Below are positions 37,506 through 47,634 of a DNA stretch of 64,000 bases, piece by piece. Origin of the DNA: Minisyncoccota bacterium (lineage in GTDB: Bacteria > Patescibacteriota > Minisyncoccia > UBA6257 > JAGOQP01); contig JBAYWE010000002.1 in assembly GCA_041674185.1 (NCBI GenBank), positions 2,233 to 66,232 of the forward strand, given 5' to 3'. Each line of letters starts with the position of its first letter. The stretch's first letter is position 1. The notes under the pieces were generated by a model. It worked only from the letters and a program-made list of their open reading frames with translations. It ran no database searches and had not been told where the DNA came from. A program made the position numbers and the translations under genes.

Positions 37506-38804
37506 GTACACAGTGGCATTGCTTGATCCATCAGAATAGATACGACCGATTCCTTGAGTAGCACTCCATGCGCTATTATAGGGACCAGCAGTTTGTTGAG
37601 TCATAGTTCCCCATGTGGTAATAGCAGTAAATTCTCTCCAGTTAAAACCAGGAGTGGAACCCGTAGGTTGATTCGTTCCTGTAATAGTGTCATTCGTCCA
37701 CTCCCACACATTTCCTGCTATGTCCCATAACACACTGCCATTAGAAAGCGTGTGAGTGCGGAGATGGGTGAAATCGGTATAACCGGTGCCGTATTGAGAA
37801 GAACCATCCTGAGCAGCAGATGAGTTTGAGTTGCCTCTTCCTAGGTAATTGGTACCCACAACTCCGCCATACCAGTTGATGGGTTGTTGTTGTATGTTCC
37901 AAGCGATAGTTTGCCATTCTGCATTGGTAATGAGATGTGCGCCAATAGATGCGCAATATGTTGCGGCTGTAGTTTGAGAAATGTTTGCAATCGGATAGCC
38001 AGCAGACGTAGAGGCAGGGGTAAGCGGAGAAACACAGGGAGTCGTATTATTTGCGTAGGTGTTATATCCCGTGTTGGGTGTAGTTAGAGGCGTATTACCA
38101 GAAACACACTTGGCTTCGTATTGCATGACATAGAAATCTGAGGTACCAAAGGTTGTATTACCAGGAACTTTAGCCCAACCAGAGGGAAAGACACCTTGTG
38201 CTAACGTAAGATCAGTACCAGCTTCAAAGGCAGTAGCACTAGTACCTCCATCCGCTTGTGCTCTCGGTATGTATTTAACTGATTCTGCAACAGCAGTTAC
38301 TTCATAGGTTTGAGCTGAGGGATTGGGAACATACGTATAATATAATCCCGTGGATGAGGAGTTGGTCGGATCAATAGGAAGTTTGGAAAGATTTTGAATT
38401 CCCGAAGCAGTGAAGTCTATGGGAATCCACCCAGTCCCATTGGTGAGAGTGGATGATGCAGTAGGAACACATTTATATCCATATCCCGAAGGGAGTGCGG
38501 GAAGTCCCCAACTTGCACAGGTAGCAGAGGTATCAGGCAATGAAACATACACCGTTGAAGCAGTACCTAAAGAAACCTGAGGATTTTGGGTGAGTAATAA
38601 CTGTATAGTTTTATGCATAGATGCCACATCGGTCATACGAGTAGAATCTCTTCCTTGTCTGAGAAGTTCGGTAGGATTGAGAACAATGACTACTGCGGCA
38701 GTTAAAATAGCTAAGATACCAATGACGATAAGAAGCTCAATAAGTGTAAATGCTTTCTTCAAAGGAGAAGGCTTAAAACAAAAGCCGGTGCGTTTAGTAT
38801 TCAT
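37389..38804 (-). CDS. DGR target protein: type IV pilin-like N-terminus + C-type lectin/FGE-like C-terminal domain bearing VR
   Basis: N-terminal KAFTLIELLIVIGILAILTA is a prepilin-type methylation motif. C-terminal GNVWEWT...GFRCAR is CLec/FGE-like. Confidence 0.85.
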   Translation of the reverse strand: MNTKRTGFCFKPSPLKKAFTLIELLIVIGILAILTAAVVIVLNPTELLRQGRDSTRMTDVASMHKTIQLLLTQNPQVSLGTASTVYVSLPDTSATCASWGLPALPSGYGYKCVPTASSTLTNGTGWIPIDFTASGIQNLSKLPIDPTNSSSTGLYYTYVPNPSAQTYEVTAVAESVKYIPRAQADGGTSATAFEAGTDLTLAQGVFPSGWAKVPGNTTFGTSDFYVMQYEAKCVSGNTPLTTPNTGYNTYANNTTPCVSPLTPASTSAGYPIANISQTTAATYCASIGAHLITNAEWQTIAWNIQQQPINWYGGVVGTNYLGRGNSNSSAAQDGSSQYGTGYTDFTHLRTHTLSNGSVLWDIAGNVWEWTNDTITGTNQPTGSTPGFNWREFTAITTWGTMTQQTAGPYNSAWSATQGIGRIYSDGSSNATVYGFLRGGGWGDGTHAGVETLLLYGAPGSTGNAVGFRCAR

Positions 38805-38892
38805 AATGACAACTTGGTATCAGTATACACCTTTTTGAAAATCAGTAAAAGTGGATAAATGCACTCTCAAAGTCTCGCTCGATTTCTCACGA

Positions 38893-40227
38893 TTAGCAGA
38901 AAAGTTTTCTTTGGTGAGAATCGCTTTTAGCGGTGTGAATATTTTTTGTTTGAATTTCTGTCTCAATCTGTTTTAGGTGTTTCGCATATTGCATTCGAGA
39001 ATGATCAACAATTTCATCTTTACACGAATTGAGAATATGGGGCAACGGAAGTGTAACTCCACTAAAGGGGACAGATGTAATTCCATCAATCATGAGCTTG
39101 ATACAAATGTTGTAATTAGGAAGATTGATTAGATCATTGATGTTAAACGTAGGTTCAAATTCTTTCTCTAAGAAGTGTGCATCATCAACCCCAACTCGAA
39201 AAGAAATCATTGTGCCTACATTTCCAAATACCGCATCTCGTATTTGATCGGGAAGTTGTTTTACATATTGATGTGCTAAGACTAAATTGAGTCCATACTT
39301 TCGTGCTTCGGAAAGAATATTTGCAAAGGAGAGTGTCATAAAATTATGAAACTCATCAACATAAAAATAAAACGGTTTTCTCTGATCTTCTGAAACATTC
39401 GCTCGACTCATCGCTGCTAAAAATATCATCGTCGTTATCATCGATCCTAAGAGTGAGCTAGTATCTTCACCAACTTTTCCTTTTGATAAATTCACAATGA
39501 GAATTTTTCCCTGATCCATAATCTCCCGAAATCGGAAACTATTTTTTACCTGTCCTACAATATTTCGTAAGGGAAGATTGGTGAGAAACTGACTCATCTT
39601 ATTGAGTATCGGCGCTATTGCTTCAGCACGAAAGTGAGGTGAATATTTATCAAATTCATTTGTCCAAAAGGTGCGTATTTGATCTTGTGTGCAAAATGAT
39701 AACACATGCTTTCTAAACTCAGCATTGGTTAAGAGTGTGGGAACATCGAGTAACGTTCCGTGTGGATATTCTAATAAAGTATAAAAAGAATAACGTAAAA
39801 TATGTTCAAGTCGTGGGCCCCAAAATTCTGAATATATTTTTTTGAAAACAGAAATCAATCCAGACACCACGAGATAATGAGAGCCAAGAGAAACATGAGC
39901 GAGTGGATTAAACGCAATCGGATATTCACTATCACTTGGATTAAAATAAATTACATCATTGATTCTTTCTTTGGGTATATGTGATAACAACGTTTCTGCT
40001 AAATCTCCATGCGGATCAATGATTGCTAGACCATTACCTTGATTGATATCTGCAATTGCCATTTGAGCGAGTAAACTTGATTTACCTGTTCCGGTTTTTC
40101 CCACGATATACATATGACCGCGTCGATTCTTTTCTTTGATGCCAAACTTCTTCCTGATATCTCGCCAATTAGTTAAGGCAATGGGTGTGATTGATTGTGC
40201 TTCGTGTTGTGTGTGTTCCATATGCAT
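38893..40227 (-). CDS. P-loop NTPase (DUF87/TraD-VirD4/HerA-like), short paralog
   Basis: Walker A YIVGKTGTGKSS and a DPHGDL motif, with Walker B at FYFYVDEFHNF. Shares these motifs with 25720-28749. Confidence 0.65.
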   Translation of the reverse strand: MHMEHTQHEAQSITPIALTNWRDIRKKFGIKEKNRRGHMYIVGKTGTGKSSLLAQMAIADINQGNGLAIIDPHGDLAETLLSHIPKERINDVIYFNPSDSEYPIAFNPLAHVSLGSHYLVVSGLISVFKKIYSEFWGPRLEHILRYSFYTLLEYPHGTLLDVPTLLTNAEFRKHVLSFCTQDQIRTFWTNEFDKYSPHFRAEAIAPILNKMSQFLTNLPLRNIVGQVKNSFRFREIMDQGKILIVNLSKGKVGEDTSSLLGSMITTMIFLAAMSRANVSEDQRKPFYFYVDEFHNFMTLSFANILSEARKYGLNLVLAHQYVKQLPDQIRDAVFGNVGTMISFRVGVDDAHFLEKEFEPTFNINDLINLPNYNICIKLMIDGITSVPFSGVTLPLPHILNSCKDEIVDHSRMQYAKHLKQIETEIQTKNIHTAKSDSHQRKLFC

Positions 40228-40361
40228 CGATCATAGAGAAACAATATCGGTGAGTTAAGCAGTGTAGTTTTGTTTATATCAGCATAGTTTCCCCTCTTAT
40301 GCCGATCTGATTTTTGCATGAAGATGAACATAGCTCATCACAATTAAAAAAGGAGGCATAG

Positions 40362-40715
40362 ATGCAACAAGCAAAATCAATTGAAGTGTATACCCCAAAT
40401 GGCATTCTGCTTTTTAGAGCAGTGCTCACAGACATTGCGATATCTCTTGGTTCAAAAGATGAATCGCATATCCAACATTCGTCAAAGCCCGAAGGAAGGG
40501 GCAATGGCAGATCCAACGGAGAAGCAGTCACTGATCCACAGAAGCGGCTGCTCTTCCGGCTTATCGCCACAAACTATCAGCTTGCGGGAGATCAGGTTGT
40601 AGAAAAGTTCAAAGAACTCTTTGGCGTAAAAACGATCAAAGAAGTTTCCAAATTTGACGCAAGTAAAATGATTGAACGCTTACTCGAAGAAGAACGGGAG
40701 AGTGCGCATGATTAA
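40362..40715 (+). CDS. hypothetical protein
   Basis: 117-aa ORF with no motif. Confidence 0.35.
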   Translation: MQQAKSIEVYTPNGILLFRAVLTDIAISLGSKDESHIQHSSKPEGRGNGRSNGEAVTDPQKRLLFRLIATNYQLAGDQVVEKFKELFGVKTIKEVSKFDASKMIERLLEEERESAHD

Positions 40716-41511
40716 TCATTTATCGGCAAGTCAAATTAATCTCTATCTCCAATGTGGATTGAAGTATCGATATCAGTACATCGATCTGTTGCCAAAACCA
40801 TTTCGTCCATCGGCGTTGGTATTTGGCAGTGCGCTTCATTCTACACTGGAATGGTTTCACTCACAGCGGATGCAAGGGAAGTCCATAACTCTTGAAAAAC
40901 TCTACCAGATATTCGATGCAGATTGGTATAGCCAATGTGTCGAAGCAACGATTCATTTCAAAGAAGGTGAGAAAGAAATGAATCTGTTAAATCTGGGAAG
41001 AGAAATGCTCACCATCTTTTTTCAAGAACAACATCCAAATGTAAAAGGGTGTGAAATACCTTTTACCGTTCCCTTGCGATCCCCCATTGGTGGACCTGAT
41101 TTAGAGATTGCACTCGAAGGTTACTTCGATCTGATAGAGGAAGATGGAACTATTGTGGAATACAAAACATCAGCTACCACATTAAGCTCAAGTGATATTG
41201 ATGCGCGTCTTCAATTAACAGCTTACAGTTATGCATATCAACTCCTCTATCGCAAAGCACCCAAAGGAATCCGGGTTGTGGATTTTGTGAAAGGGAAGAA
41301 ACCCAAAATGGTTGTTATAGAAACGAAGCGTGATCACAATGATCATCTGGGATTTCTGCATACCGCACACGAAGTGTTGAAAGGAATCAAAGCAAATATC
41401 TTTGTTCCGAGACAAAGCTTCATGTGCAAAGAATGTGAGTATGCAGATATATGTCCCTTAATGAAAAACAAATCATCTGTTCCCAAAGCAGAATCTCTCT
41501 ACGCAGCATAA
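40672..41511 (+). CDS. PD-(D/E)xK exonuclease, Cas4/RecB-like with C-terminal Cys cluster
   Basis: SASQINLYLQCGLKY, GYFDLIEEDGTIVEYKTS and QLTAYSYA motifs; CKECEYADIC Cys cluster. The start may be at MINHLS (40708). Confidence 0.7.
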   Translation: MNAYSKKNGRVRMINHLSASQINLYLQCGLKYRYQYIDLLPKPFRPSALVFGSALHSTLEWFHSQRMQGKSITLEKLYQIFDADWYSQCVEATIHFKEGEKEMNLLNLGREMLTIFFQEQHPNVKGCEIPFTVPLRSPIGGPDLEIALEGYFDLIEEDGTIVEYKTSATTLSSSDIDARLQLTAYSYAYQLLYRKAPKGIRVVDFVKGKKPKMVVIETKRDHNDHLGFLHTAHEVLKGIKANIFVPRQSFMCKECEYADICPLMKNKSSVPKAESLYAA

Positions 41512-41583
41512 ATAGCTTCACTAAACACATGCCCTGTTTTACACAGGGCATTCATTTAACAAAATTGATAAGGAGAATAAATC

Positions 41584-42540
41584 ATGAGTCATAATATTAA
41601 TATCGTAAATGGAGTTGCCTCAATGATGTATGTAGGAGAAACTCCCTGGCATAATCTAGGAACAAAACTCGATACACCAGCTACCGCACACGAAGCAATC
41701 ACCTCAGCGCATCTGAATTTTCAAGTTGAGAAAATGCCGTTGCGTATTGCGTTGCATAACGTGCCGGTACCAGATCATTTTGCAACAGTGAGAACAGACA
41801 CGATGCAAGTACTAGGAGTTGTTGGTTCGCGATACACGCCAATACAAAATAAAGATGCATTCACGACGTTTGATTCTTTGGTTGGTGAAGGAAGTGCAAT
41901 TTATCATACAGCCGGAGCGTTGGGAAAAGGAGAACGGATTTGGATACTCGCTAAATTACCTGAGTATATCAAAGTAAATAAGCATGATATTGTCGAACCG
42001 TTTTTATTACTCACTAATACACACGATGGCTCAGGTGCAGTAACCGTAAAGCTCACGCCGATTCGTGTTGTGTGTGAAAATACATTATCGGTTGCGTTAC
42101 ACGGAACGGAACAAGAAGTGCATATTCGGCACACCACACAAGCTGAAGAGAAATTGAAACAAGCGCATGAGATTTTGGGATTGAGTAATAAACTCTTTGA
42201 AATCTTGGGACAATACTATGTTGGTATGAGTCAGAAGATGATCAATGCTACTATGTTCTCTCAATACCTCAATGAAATATTTCCTGAACCAATTTTTACC
42301 ATGCAGAAAACTCGTGTGAAAGATATTCATGAAAAAATCATTGAACTGAGTGAAGTAGGAGTTGGGGCAGAATTAACAAGAGGAACATTATGGGGCGCGT
42401 ATAATGCGGTGACTGAATATGTAGATCACTTTCGACTATCCACTAAGAATAATTCAACACGATTAAAATCTATGTGGTATGGATCGGGAGATGCACTTAA
42501 GAAAAAAGCTTTTACGAGTGCTGTTGCAATGTTGAATTAG
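41584..42540 (+). CDS. DUF932-family phage/plasmid-related protein
   Basis: N-terminal MMYVGETPWHNLG is characteristic of the DUF932/TIGR03299 family. Confidence 0.6.
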   Translation: MSHNINIVNGVASMMYVGETPWHNLGTKLDTPATAHEAITSAHLNFQVEKMPLRIALHNVPVPDHFATVRTDTMQVLGVVGSRYTPIQNKDAFTTFDSLVGEGSAIYHTAGALGKGERIWILAKLPEYIKVNKHDIVEPFLLLTNTHDGSGAVTVKLTPIRVVCENTLSVALHGTEQEVHIRHTTQAEEKLKQAHEILGLSNKLFEILGQYYVGMSQKMINATMFSQYLNEIFPEPIFTMQKTRVKDIHEKIIELSEVGVGAELTRGTLWGAYNAVTEYVDHFRLSTKNNSTRLKSMWYGSGDALKKKAFTSAVAMLN

Positions 42541-42575
42541 AATTTCGCGGAGAGTTATGAACTCTCCGTTTTTAA
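42453..42575 (+). repeat. ~123-bp direct repeat, copy 1 (3' end of DUF932 gene plus its terminator hairpin)
   Basis: Near-identical to 43454-43578. Includes the GCGGAGAGTtatgaACTCTCCG hairpin. Confidence 0.8.
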
Positions 42576-42631
42576 TAGTTATTTGACTATCAAGTTGGAT
42601 AGTGTGATAATTTATGTAATTAAATAAAAAT

Positions 42632-43468
42632 ATGGATACCGGTTTATTAAATATTCTTCAACTTGCTATGGCGCTACTTAGCATGGTTTCAAATAATACA
42701 AATATTTCTGATACGATGCGACAACAAGCAATTCAGATGGCAAATAATGCAATTCAGATGGCTAGATTATCAGAAAAACAAGATGTAACGAAGAGCAAGC
42801 AAGAAATTCCTTTATCACAAGAAAAAACAGCCAAAGAAAACGTCAAATTTACTTTCAATTGGAGCCCCAATAAATATCCCTCAAATTCCATTGGATACAT
42901 TGAGCTGACAAATACTGGAAATAGTTCAGCTATATATATAATCGATAATATCCCAAATACTGGTTCCTTATTATGGAATCCAGATAATCCTGAGAGTGGA
43001 TTTCCGTTACCAACTGGAACGTATGTAGCTAAAATTGTTATGAGTGGTAAAAGCGATATAATTGGAGAATGGCCTACGACATTTATACACTCATCTAAAC
43101 ATACAGAACAACCCATAATAATTTGTAACGATTTAAAAAATGGTAAAAAGTGGCAATCAGGAGAACCTCAGACGATATGGTGGTCAACTAATGATATTCC
43201 TAGTGGTGCTTCTGGATATATTCAACTTGATAAACAAAATACAAATGGAAGAGATTATCTTATCAGAATCACTAATTCTGGAAGTTATACATTCTCCAAA
43301 AATGAAATTGCTATAGGAAGCTATACAGCAAGGATCGTAATTGGAAATATTGGAGTTATTGCCGGATTACTGGAAGTTACTAAACCAGTTCCTTCTTCTG
43401 GAAATAATTATAATGCAGAAAACAGCGTCCCAATAGTAACTCGTTTAAGGATAATTCCACGAGATTAA
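42632..43468 (+). CDS. hypothetical protein (possible surface/adhesin-like) within repeat-flanked insert
   Basis: 278 aa with a hydrophobic N-terminus and an Asn/Ser/Thr/Gly-rich body. Confidence 0.4.
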   Translation: MDTGLLNILQLAMALLSMVSNNTNISDTMRQQAIQMANNAIQMARLSEKQDVTKSKQEIPLSQEKTAKENVKFTFNWSPNKYPSNSIGYIELTNTGNSSAIYIIDNIPNTGSLLWNPDNPESGFPLPTGTYVAKIVMSGKSDIIGEWPTTFIHSSKHTEQPIIICNDLKNGKKWQSGEPQTIWWSTNDIPSGASGYIQLDKQNTNGRDYLIRITNSGSYTFSKNEIAIGSYTARIVIGNIGVIAGLLEVTKPVPSSGNNYNAENSVPIVTRLRIIPRD

Positions 43469-43578
43469 AATCTATGTGGTATGGATCGGGAGATGCACTT
43501 AAGAAAAAAGCTTTTACAAGTGCTGTTGCTATATTGAATTAGAATTTCGCGGAGAGTTATACACTCTCCGTTTATATT
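43454..43578 (+). repeat. ~123-bp direct repeat, copy 2
   Basis: Duplicate of the DUF932 3' end and terminator, with a few substitutions. Confidence 0.8.
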
Positions 43579-43645
43579 TTCCATTGAATATATTTATAAT
43601 CTGAGTAAATTATAAGTAATGAACTTGATATGTGAGTAGGTTATT

Positions 43646-44731
43646 ATGAAACAAAATTTATTTGAAATACTTGGCATCGCTTCAATCGAAAGAATTCACT
43701 CTCAAATGATGTGTTGGTTATTTTCAGACTCACCACTTACACCTATTGAAAAATCACAGTTGTTGCAAATCATCAATCCAAAGGCAAAAATATATTCAAC
43801 TTTCCAATGTCTATCGGAATATAAAAATATTGACATAATAATTCGAGCAGATTCAGATGTGTATGTAATTGAAAATAAAATTAAATCCAGTGAACATGAC
43901 AATCAGTTGAGTAAGTATCTAGCCACTATCCAAAGCGATTCATCATCCTTCTTTCAAAACACTAACAGATATTTCGCATATCTAACTCTTGTACAAGAAA
44001 AAACCAAAGCGGTGAATGAATCATGGGTTAACATTACATATCAACAAATATTTTCTAACCTAAAGAATTATAAAAGAAAAAAACCTTCTTCATTTGATGA
44101 ATTTGTATTGAATGAATACATACACACTGTAGAACGATTAGTTGTTTGTGTTGAAGACTTTATCTCCAACCATTCTCAATACGCAAACGTATTTGAAGAT
44201 GGATGGAAAACAAAGGCACAAAAATTAGAAAACTTAGAACGCTGCTCTGACAAACAGAAATATATCGCACAAAATCAGCTTGAGACAATATTACAAAGAA
44301 GTTTTCTAGGTGTTATTGCTGATAGCATGGTATTAGATAAAGATAAACCGGAAATTGACGAAACACATGGTACTGCACTATTGCAAATCATGTATTCATT
44401 TCACGAATTGACCAAGTTGAATAAATATAATATCGGAATACAATACCAGGGAGATTCAATAAAGCTGAACATTGCCTCAAAGAATTATAAAAATTCTACT
44501 ATAAAAGATATTTCAAAAAGGTTGACTGAGTGTGTTCAGATAATTGCTCGACAAAATAAATATAGAATTAATAAGGGAAAGACAAGAGAATACATATCCA
44601 TTTCCAAACAATTAGATAAAGAGATATGGGAAATGAATCTAGATGAAATAATTGCAGTCTATCAAAGGGAATATGAGCATTTTAAAAAACTCGCGAAGGA
44701 AATCATTAGGAATGGTATTTTCCCAAAATGA
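43646..44731 (+). CDS. PD-(D/E)xK nuclease superfamily protein (PDDEXK_4-like)
   Basis: N-terminal NLFEILGIASIERIHSQMMCWLF and IDIIIRADSDVYVIENKIK (D...ExK) resemble the PF14281-type nuclease family. Confidence 0.5.
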   Translation: MKQNLFEILGIASIERIHSQMMCWLFSDSPLTPIEKSQLLQIINPKAKIYSTFQCLSEYKNIDIIIRADSDVYVIENKIKSSEHDNQLSKYLATIQSDSSSFFQNTNRYFAYLTLVQEKTKAVNESWVNITYQQIFSNLKNYKRKKPSSFDEFVLNEYIHTVERLVVCVEDFISNHSQYANVFEDGWKTKAQKLENLERCSDKQKYIAQNQLETILQRSFLGVIADSMVLDKDKPEIDETHGTALLQIMYSFHELTKLNKYNIGIQYQGDSIKLNIASKNYKNSTIKDISKRLTECVQIIARQNKYRINKGKTREYISISKQLDKEIWEMNLDEIIAVYQREYEHFKKLAKEIIRNGIFPK

Positions 44732-44769
44732 TTTTTATTGTAAAATGATCTTATTAATAAAATAAACAT

Positions 44770-45072
44770 ATGTCACTTATTAAATGTTCTGAGTGTAATA
44801 GTGAAATCTCAGAAAATGCTTCATCATGTCCTCACTGTGGAAATCCCATACAAAAAGAGAGAGTTTTCGTTTCAACAGAGAAGGAAAATCCAGTCGAAAT
44901 AGAATTGACAAGTAAAAGATGGAAGAGAGTTATCCTCTTCGCATGGATCGTTATTATTTTTTCTTTATTCCTTTGTAGTATTGCTAGAGTCAGCGAATGG
45001 CTAGGATTAACAATTTTGGGTGTTTTTATTTTGATTATTGGTAAGATTGGTGCTTGGTATAGTAACCGATAA
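44770..45072 (+). CDS. zinc-ribbon membrane protein
   Basis: CSECNSEI...CPHCGN zinc ribbon followed by two TM helices. Confidence 0.45.
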   Translation: MSLIKCSECNSEISENASSCPHCGNPIQKERVFVSTEKENPVEIELTSKRWKRVILFAWIVIIFSLFLCSIARVSEWLGLTILGVFILIIGKIGAWYSNR

Positions 45073-45278
45073 ATATACAAGAAGGATTAAAACAACATCT
45101 CTTTTTTAGAAAAACTTATTGTAGTAAATTAACTTGTGTGGGATTTAGATCAAGACCATGAATGTCCTTCCCATCAGATAGGTTTACTGAGATTTGGTTT
45201 CCAACATTGTCCACATCAATGTTACTAAACAATTTAGTATTCTGCTTATTTCTATGATCCTCAGTGGGATCGCTTAAC

Positions 45279-47003
45279 TTATGCTTCGATAATTTTCTTT
45301 ACAAACTCTACTATTTTCAAATAGTTTACTGACTCTGTACATTTATTTGTATTTTGTTCAAGGTTAACGTACATCTCAATATCTGCATTTACTCCTTTTG
45401 CGACACCAATGCTTTGTTCTAGGTCTGGATCTAACCTAAGAAAATCTATAATCGTTCCATCAGTCTTCATTTTCTCGATTATCTCGTTTAAGTATTTGTG
45501 TGAAATACCATTTGAACAAGCATCGTTATCTCCATCATGAATACACCAAACCTTAATACCGAATTTTGCAAGTAACTTCGCAAATTTATAAAAATGATAT
45601 TTACCAACAGTATCAACAATAGTGATTTTAGCCGTGTGACTCTCATTATAAAAAGTCCCCTTAGGGTTATTGAAGAGAAAAGAGAAAAAGGCTTTTTCTG
45701 TAGGACCCTCAACGAGGATGACTTTCTGAGAAAGAAAGGCATTAGCTCTAGTTGGATCAATCCAAAGGAGATATCTAAGATGGTCTGTTTTTGAGATTGT
45801 TCCAGATTCAATTTCCAAATCGTCTTTAGATAATTTTGGGTTTCGACACTCATTCTTTGCCAAAGCCATTAACTTTCCATTCTCTAGGCAGATATCTTCA
45901 ACATCTTTCTCGGTAACAATCGCAACCTTAGAAATAGTATCGTCCGCATAAACTCTTTTTATTTGAGAGAAATCTTCGACGTTGTTGAGAAAATATGGTG
46001 AGTGTGATGTTATGATCACCTGAGAATCTGCTGTCACAGAAATTTCTTCCAATTTGTTTCTAAAATAAGTTTGATGATTAGGATGTAGGAATAGTTCAGG
46101 TTCTTCAATTATATAAAAAGTGCAATCATTTTTTGCTGTCTTTTTTGAAGATTTTTGATCTTCCTTATTAAGTTCAGCAAGATTAGATATCAATGAAAAC
46201 ATCATAGAGCGTTGAAATCCATCACCTTGTGAACTCAAGGGTAATTTATCATCGGTTCCATCTATACTTGTATGTGGACGAAAACAAGATTTTATTAGAT
46301 CGTCTGCATCAGGAGGAACCAGATCAAAACCTATTTTGACCTTACCGTAATCCAACATCTTATTGGATATATCGGTTTTAAGTTTTTGAATAGCGCTACC
46401 TTCTCCTTCACTAATAAAAATCGAAAGGCCTGTAATAGAATCTATCACTTTGCTGTAGTATTGATTTTTCTCGTCCTCAATTTTTATTCTTGTGATTATA
46501 TTTTTTGTTACAAGTTGATTCAGTGATGAATTGGCGGTAAATTTTAATTCCTCACTAAGCGGCCTAACTGAAGGTATGTAAATAACATCACCAAAACTAG
46601 GTTTGGCCACTGTCTTCCAACCGAGTAATTTAGTGTCTTTTATTGTATCTTCAGTATTTCCTGTATAGCCGAAATACTCGCACGCTACAGCTTTTTCAAG
46701 CACCTTACTTTTACTTATTGTAGCCCTTACTCTAAATTTTTTGTCAACAAGATATTCAGCAGGATGACTGAATTCCTCATCTTCTTTTACCTCGAATTCA
46801 ACCTCAACATACGGATCATCTTTAACAGAGCTATTTAGATCCTTTGATGAAATTTTTTCTTTCCCAAAAAACCATAAGAAAGCAAATAATATATTACTCT
46901 TACCAGAATTATTCTCCCCAACAAAAACCGTATAGTCTGGCGTAGTTATTGTCGTATCTACATGAGATTTAATTCCGTGAATTTTAATTTCTCTTATTTT
47001 CAT
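45279..47003 (-). CDS. OLD-family ATP-dependent endonuclease (ABC-type ATPase + Toprim)
   Basis: N-terminal IREIKIHGIKSH...FVGENNSGKSNIL matches the OLD/GajA-type ATPase start. C-terminal ILVEGPTEKAFF is the Toprim signature. Confidence 0.7.
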   Translation of the reverse strand: MKIREIKIHGIKSHVDTTITTPDYTVFVGENNSGKSNILFAFLWFFGKEKISSKDLNSSVKDDPYVEVEFEVKEDEEFSHPAEYLVDKKFRVRATISKSKVLEKAVACEYFGYTGNTEDTIKDTKLLGWKTVAKPSFGDVIYIPSVRPLSEELKFTANSSLNQLVTKNIITRIKIEDEKNQYYSKVIDSITGLSIFISEGEGSAIQKLKTDISNKMLDYGKVKIGFDLVPPDADDLIKSCFRPHTSIDGTDDKLPLSSQGDGFQRSMMFSLISNLAELNKEDQKSSKKTAKNDCTFYIIEEPELFLHPNHQTYFRNKLEEISVTADSQVIITSHSPYFLNNVEDFSQIKRVYADDTISKVAIVTEKDVEDICLENGKLMALAKNECRNPKLSKDDLEIESGTISKTDHLRYLLWIDPTRANAFLSQKVILVEGPTEKAFFSFLFNNPKGTFYNESHTAKITIVDTVGKYHFYKFAKLLAKFGIKVWCIHDGDNDACSNGISHKYLNEIIEKMKTDGTIIDFLRLDPDLEQSIGVAKGVNADIEMYVNLEQNTNKCTESVNYLKIVEFVKKIIEA

Positions 47004-47131
47004 AATTTTTGAAACACAAAGAGATGTTCGTGTATTATCAATAAAAAATTAGTCTCTTTTGATATCGATTATATAACAATATAATAATATTATATATTAT
47101 ACGACAACTTAGATGTCTAGGCAATTAAATT

Positions 47132-47383
47132 TTATTCAATAGTAGCCGAAGTATTATCAGGAACCCTTAGAATATAGGAGAACAATATTTCTGCTGGAAC
47201 TTCATATAATGAAGAGAGTCGTAATGCATGCTCTAAACAAGGATAGGCGTGTTGTTTCTCCCATCGAGAAATCATCGTATTATTTTTTAGATGTAGATGA
47301 GCTGCAACCTGGAGTTGGCTGAGTTGTTTTGCAATACGTGCTGCTCGCAATGGTGTATCAATGATTTGATCGTAGTAAGACAT
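47132..47383 (-). CDS. XRE-family HTH regulator
   Basis: QLSQLQVAAHLHLKNNTMISRWEKQ HTH. Confidence 0.6.
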   Translation of the reverse strand: MSYYDQIIDTPLRAARIAKQLSQLQVAAHLHLKNNTMISRWEKQHAYPCLEHALRLSSLYEVPAEILFSYILRVPDNTSATIE

Positions 47384-47634
47384 AGATTTGTTTTTGTATT
47401 ATGGTGAATAAAGATAAGTATGATAAAATAATGATGTTAATCTAAGAGATGTGTCTTTGCTTTTTTAAGCACATACACACATCCATTATGGTGAATAGTA
47501 AACTAGCCATAATCTGATGGATTAATCGGAATATGAATATGTTTACCAAGAAGTGATGCTTCTGTAATAGAGTTGTCAACATCATCCACGATGGTGAGCA
47601 GAAAAAAATTTATTCAAAAAAGTAAAATAAATTT

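Noticed and set aside
37355-37561. 68-aa plus-strand ORF over the VR
   Set aside because: Antisense to the VR/target-gene 3' end. Its composition (C/H/R-rich) reflects the GC-rich VR, not coding.
47398-47500. 13-bp direct repeat ATTATGGTGAATA (two copies ~88 bp apart) upstream of the XRE gene
   Set aside because: Too short and AT-rich to distinguish from chance. Possibly an operator pair, but not supportable from sequence alone.
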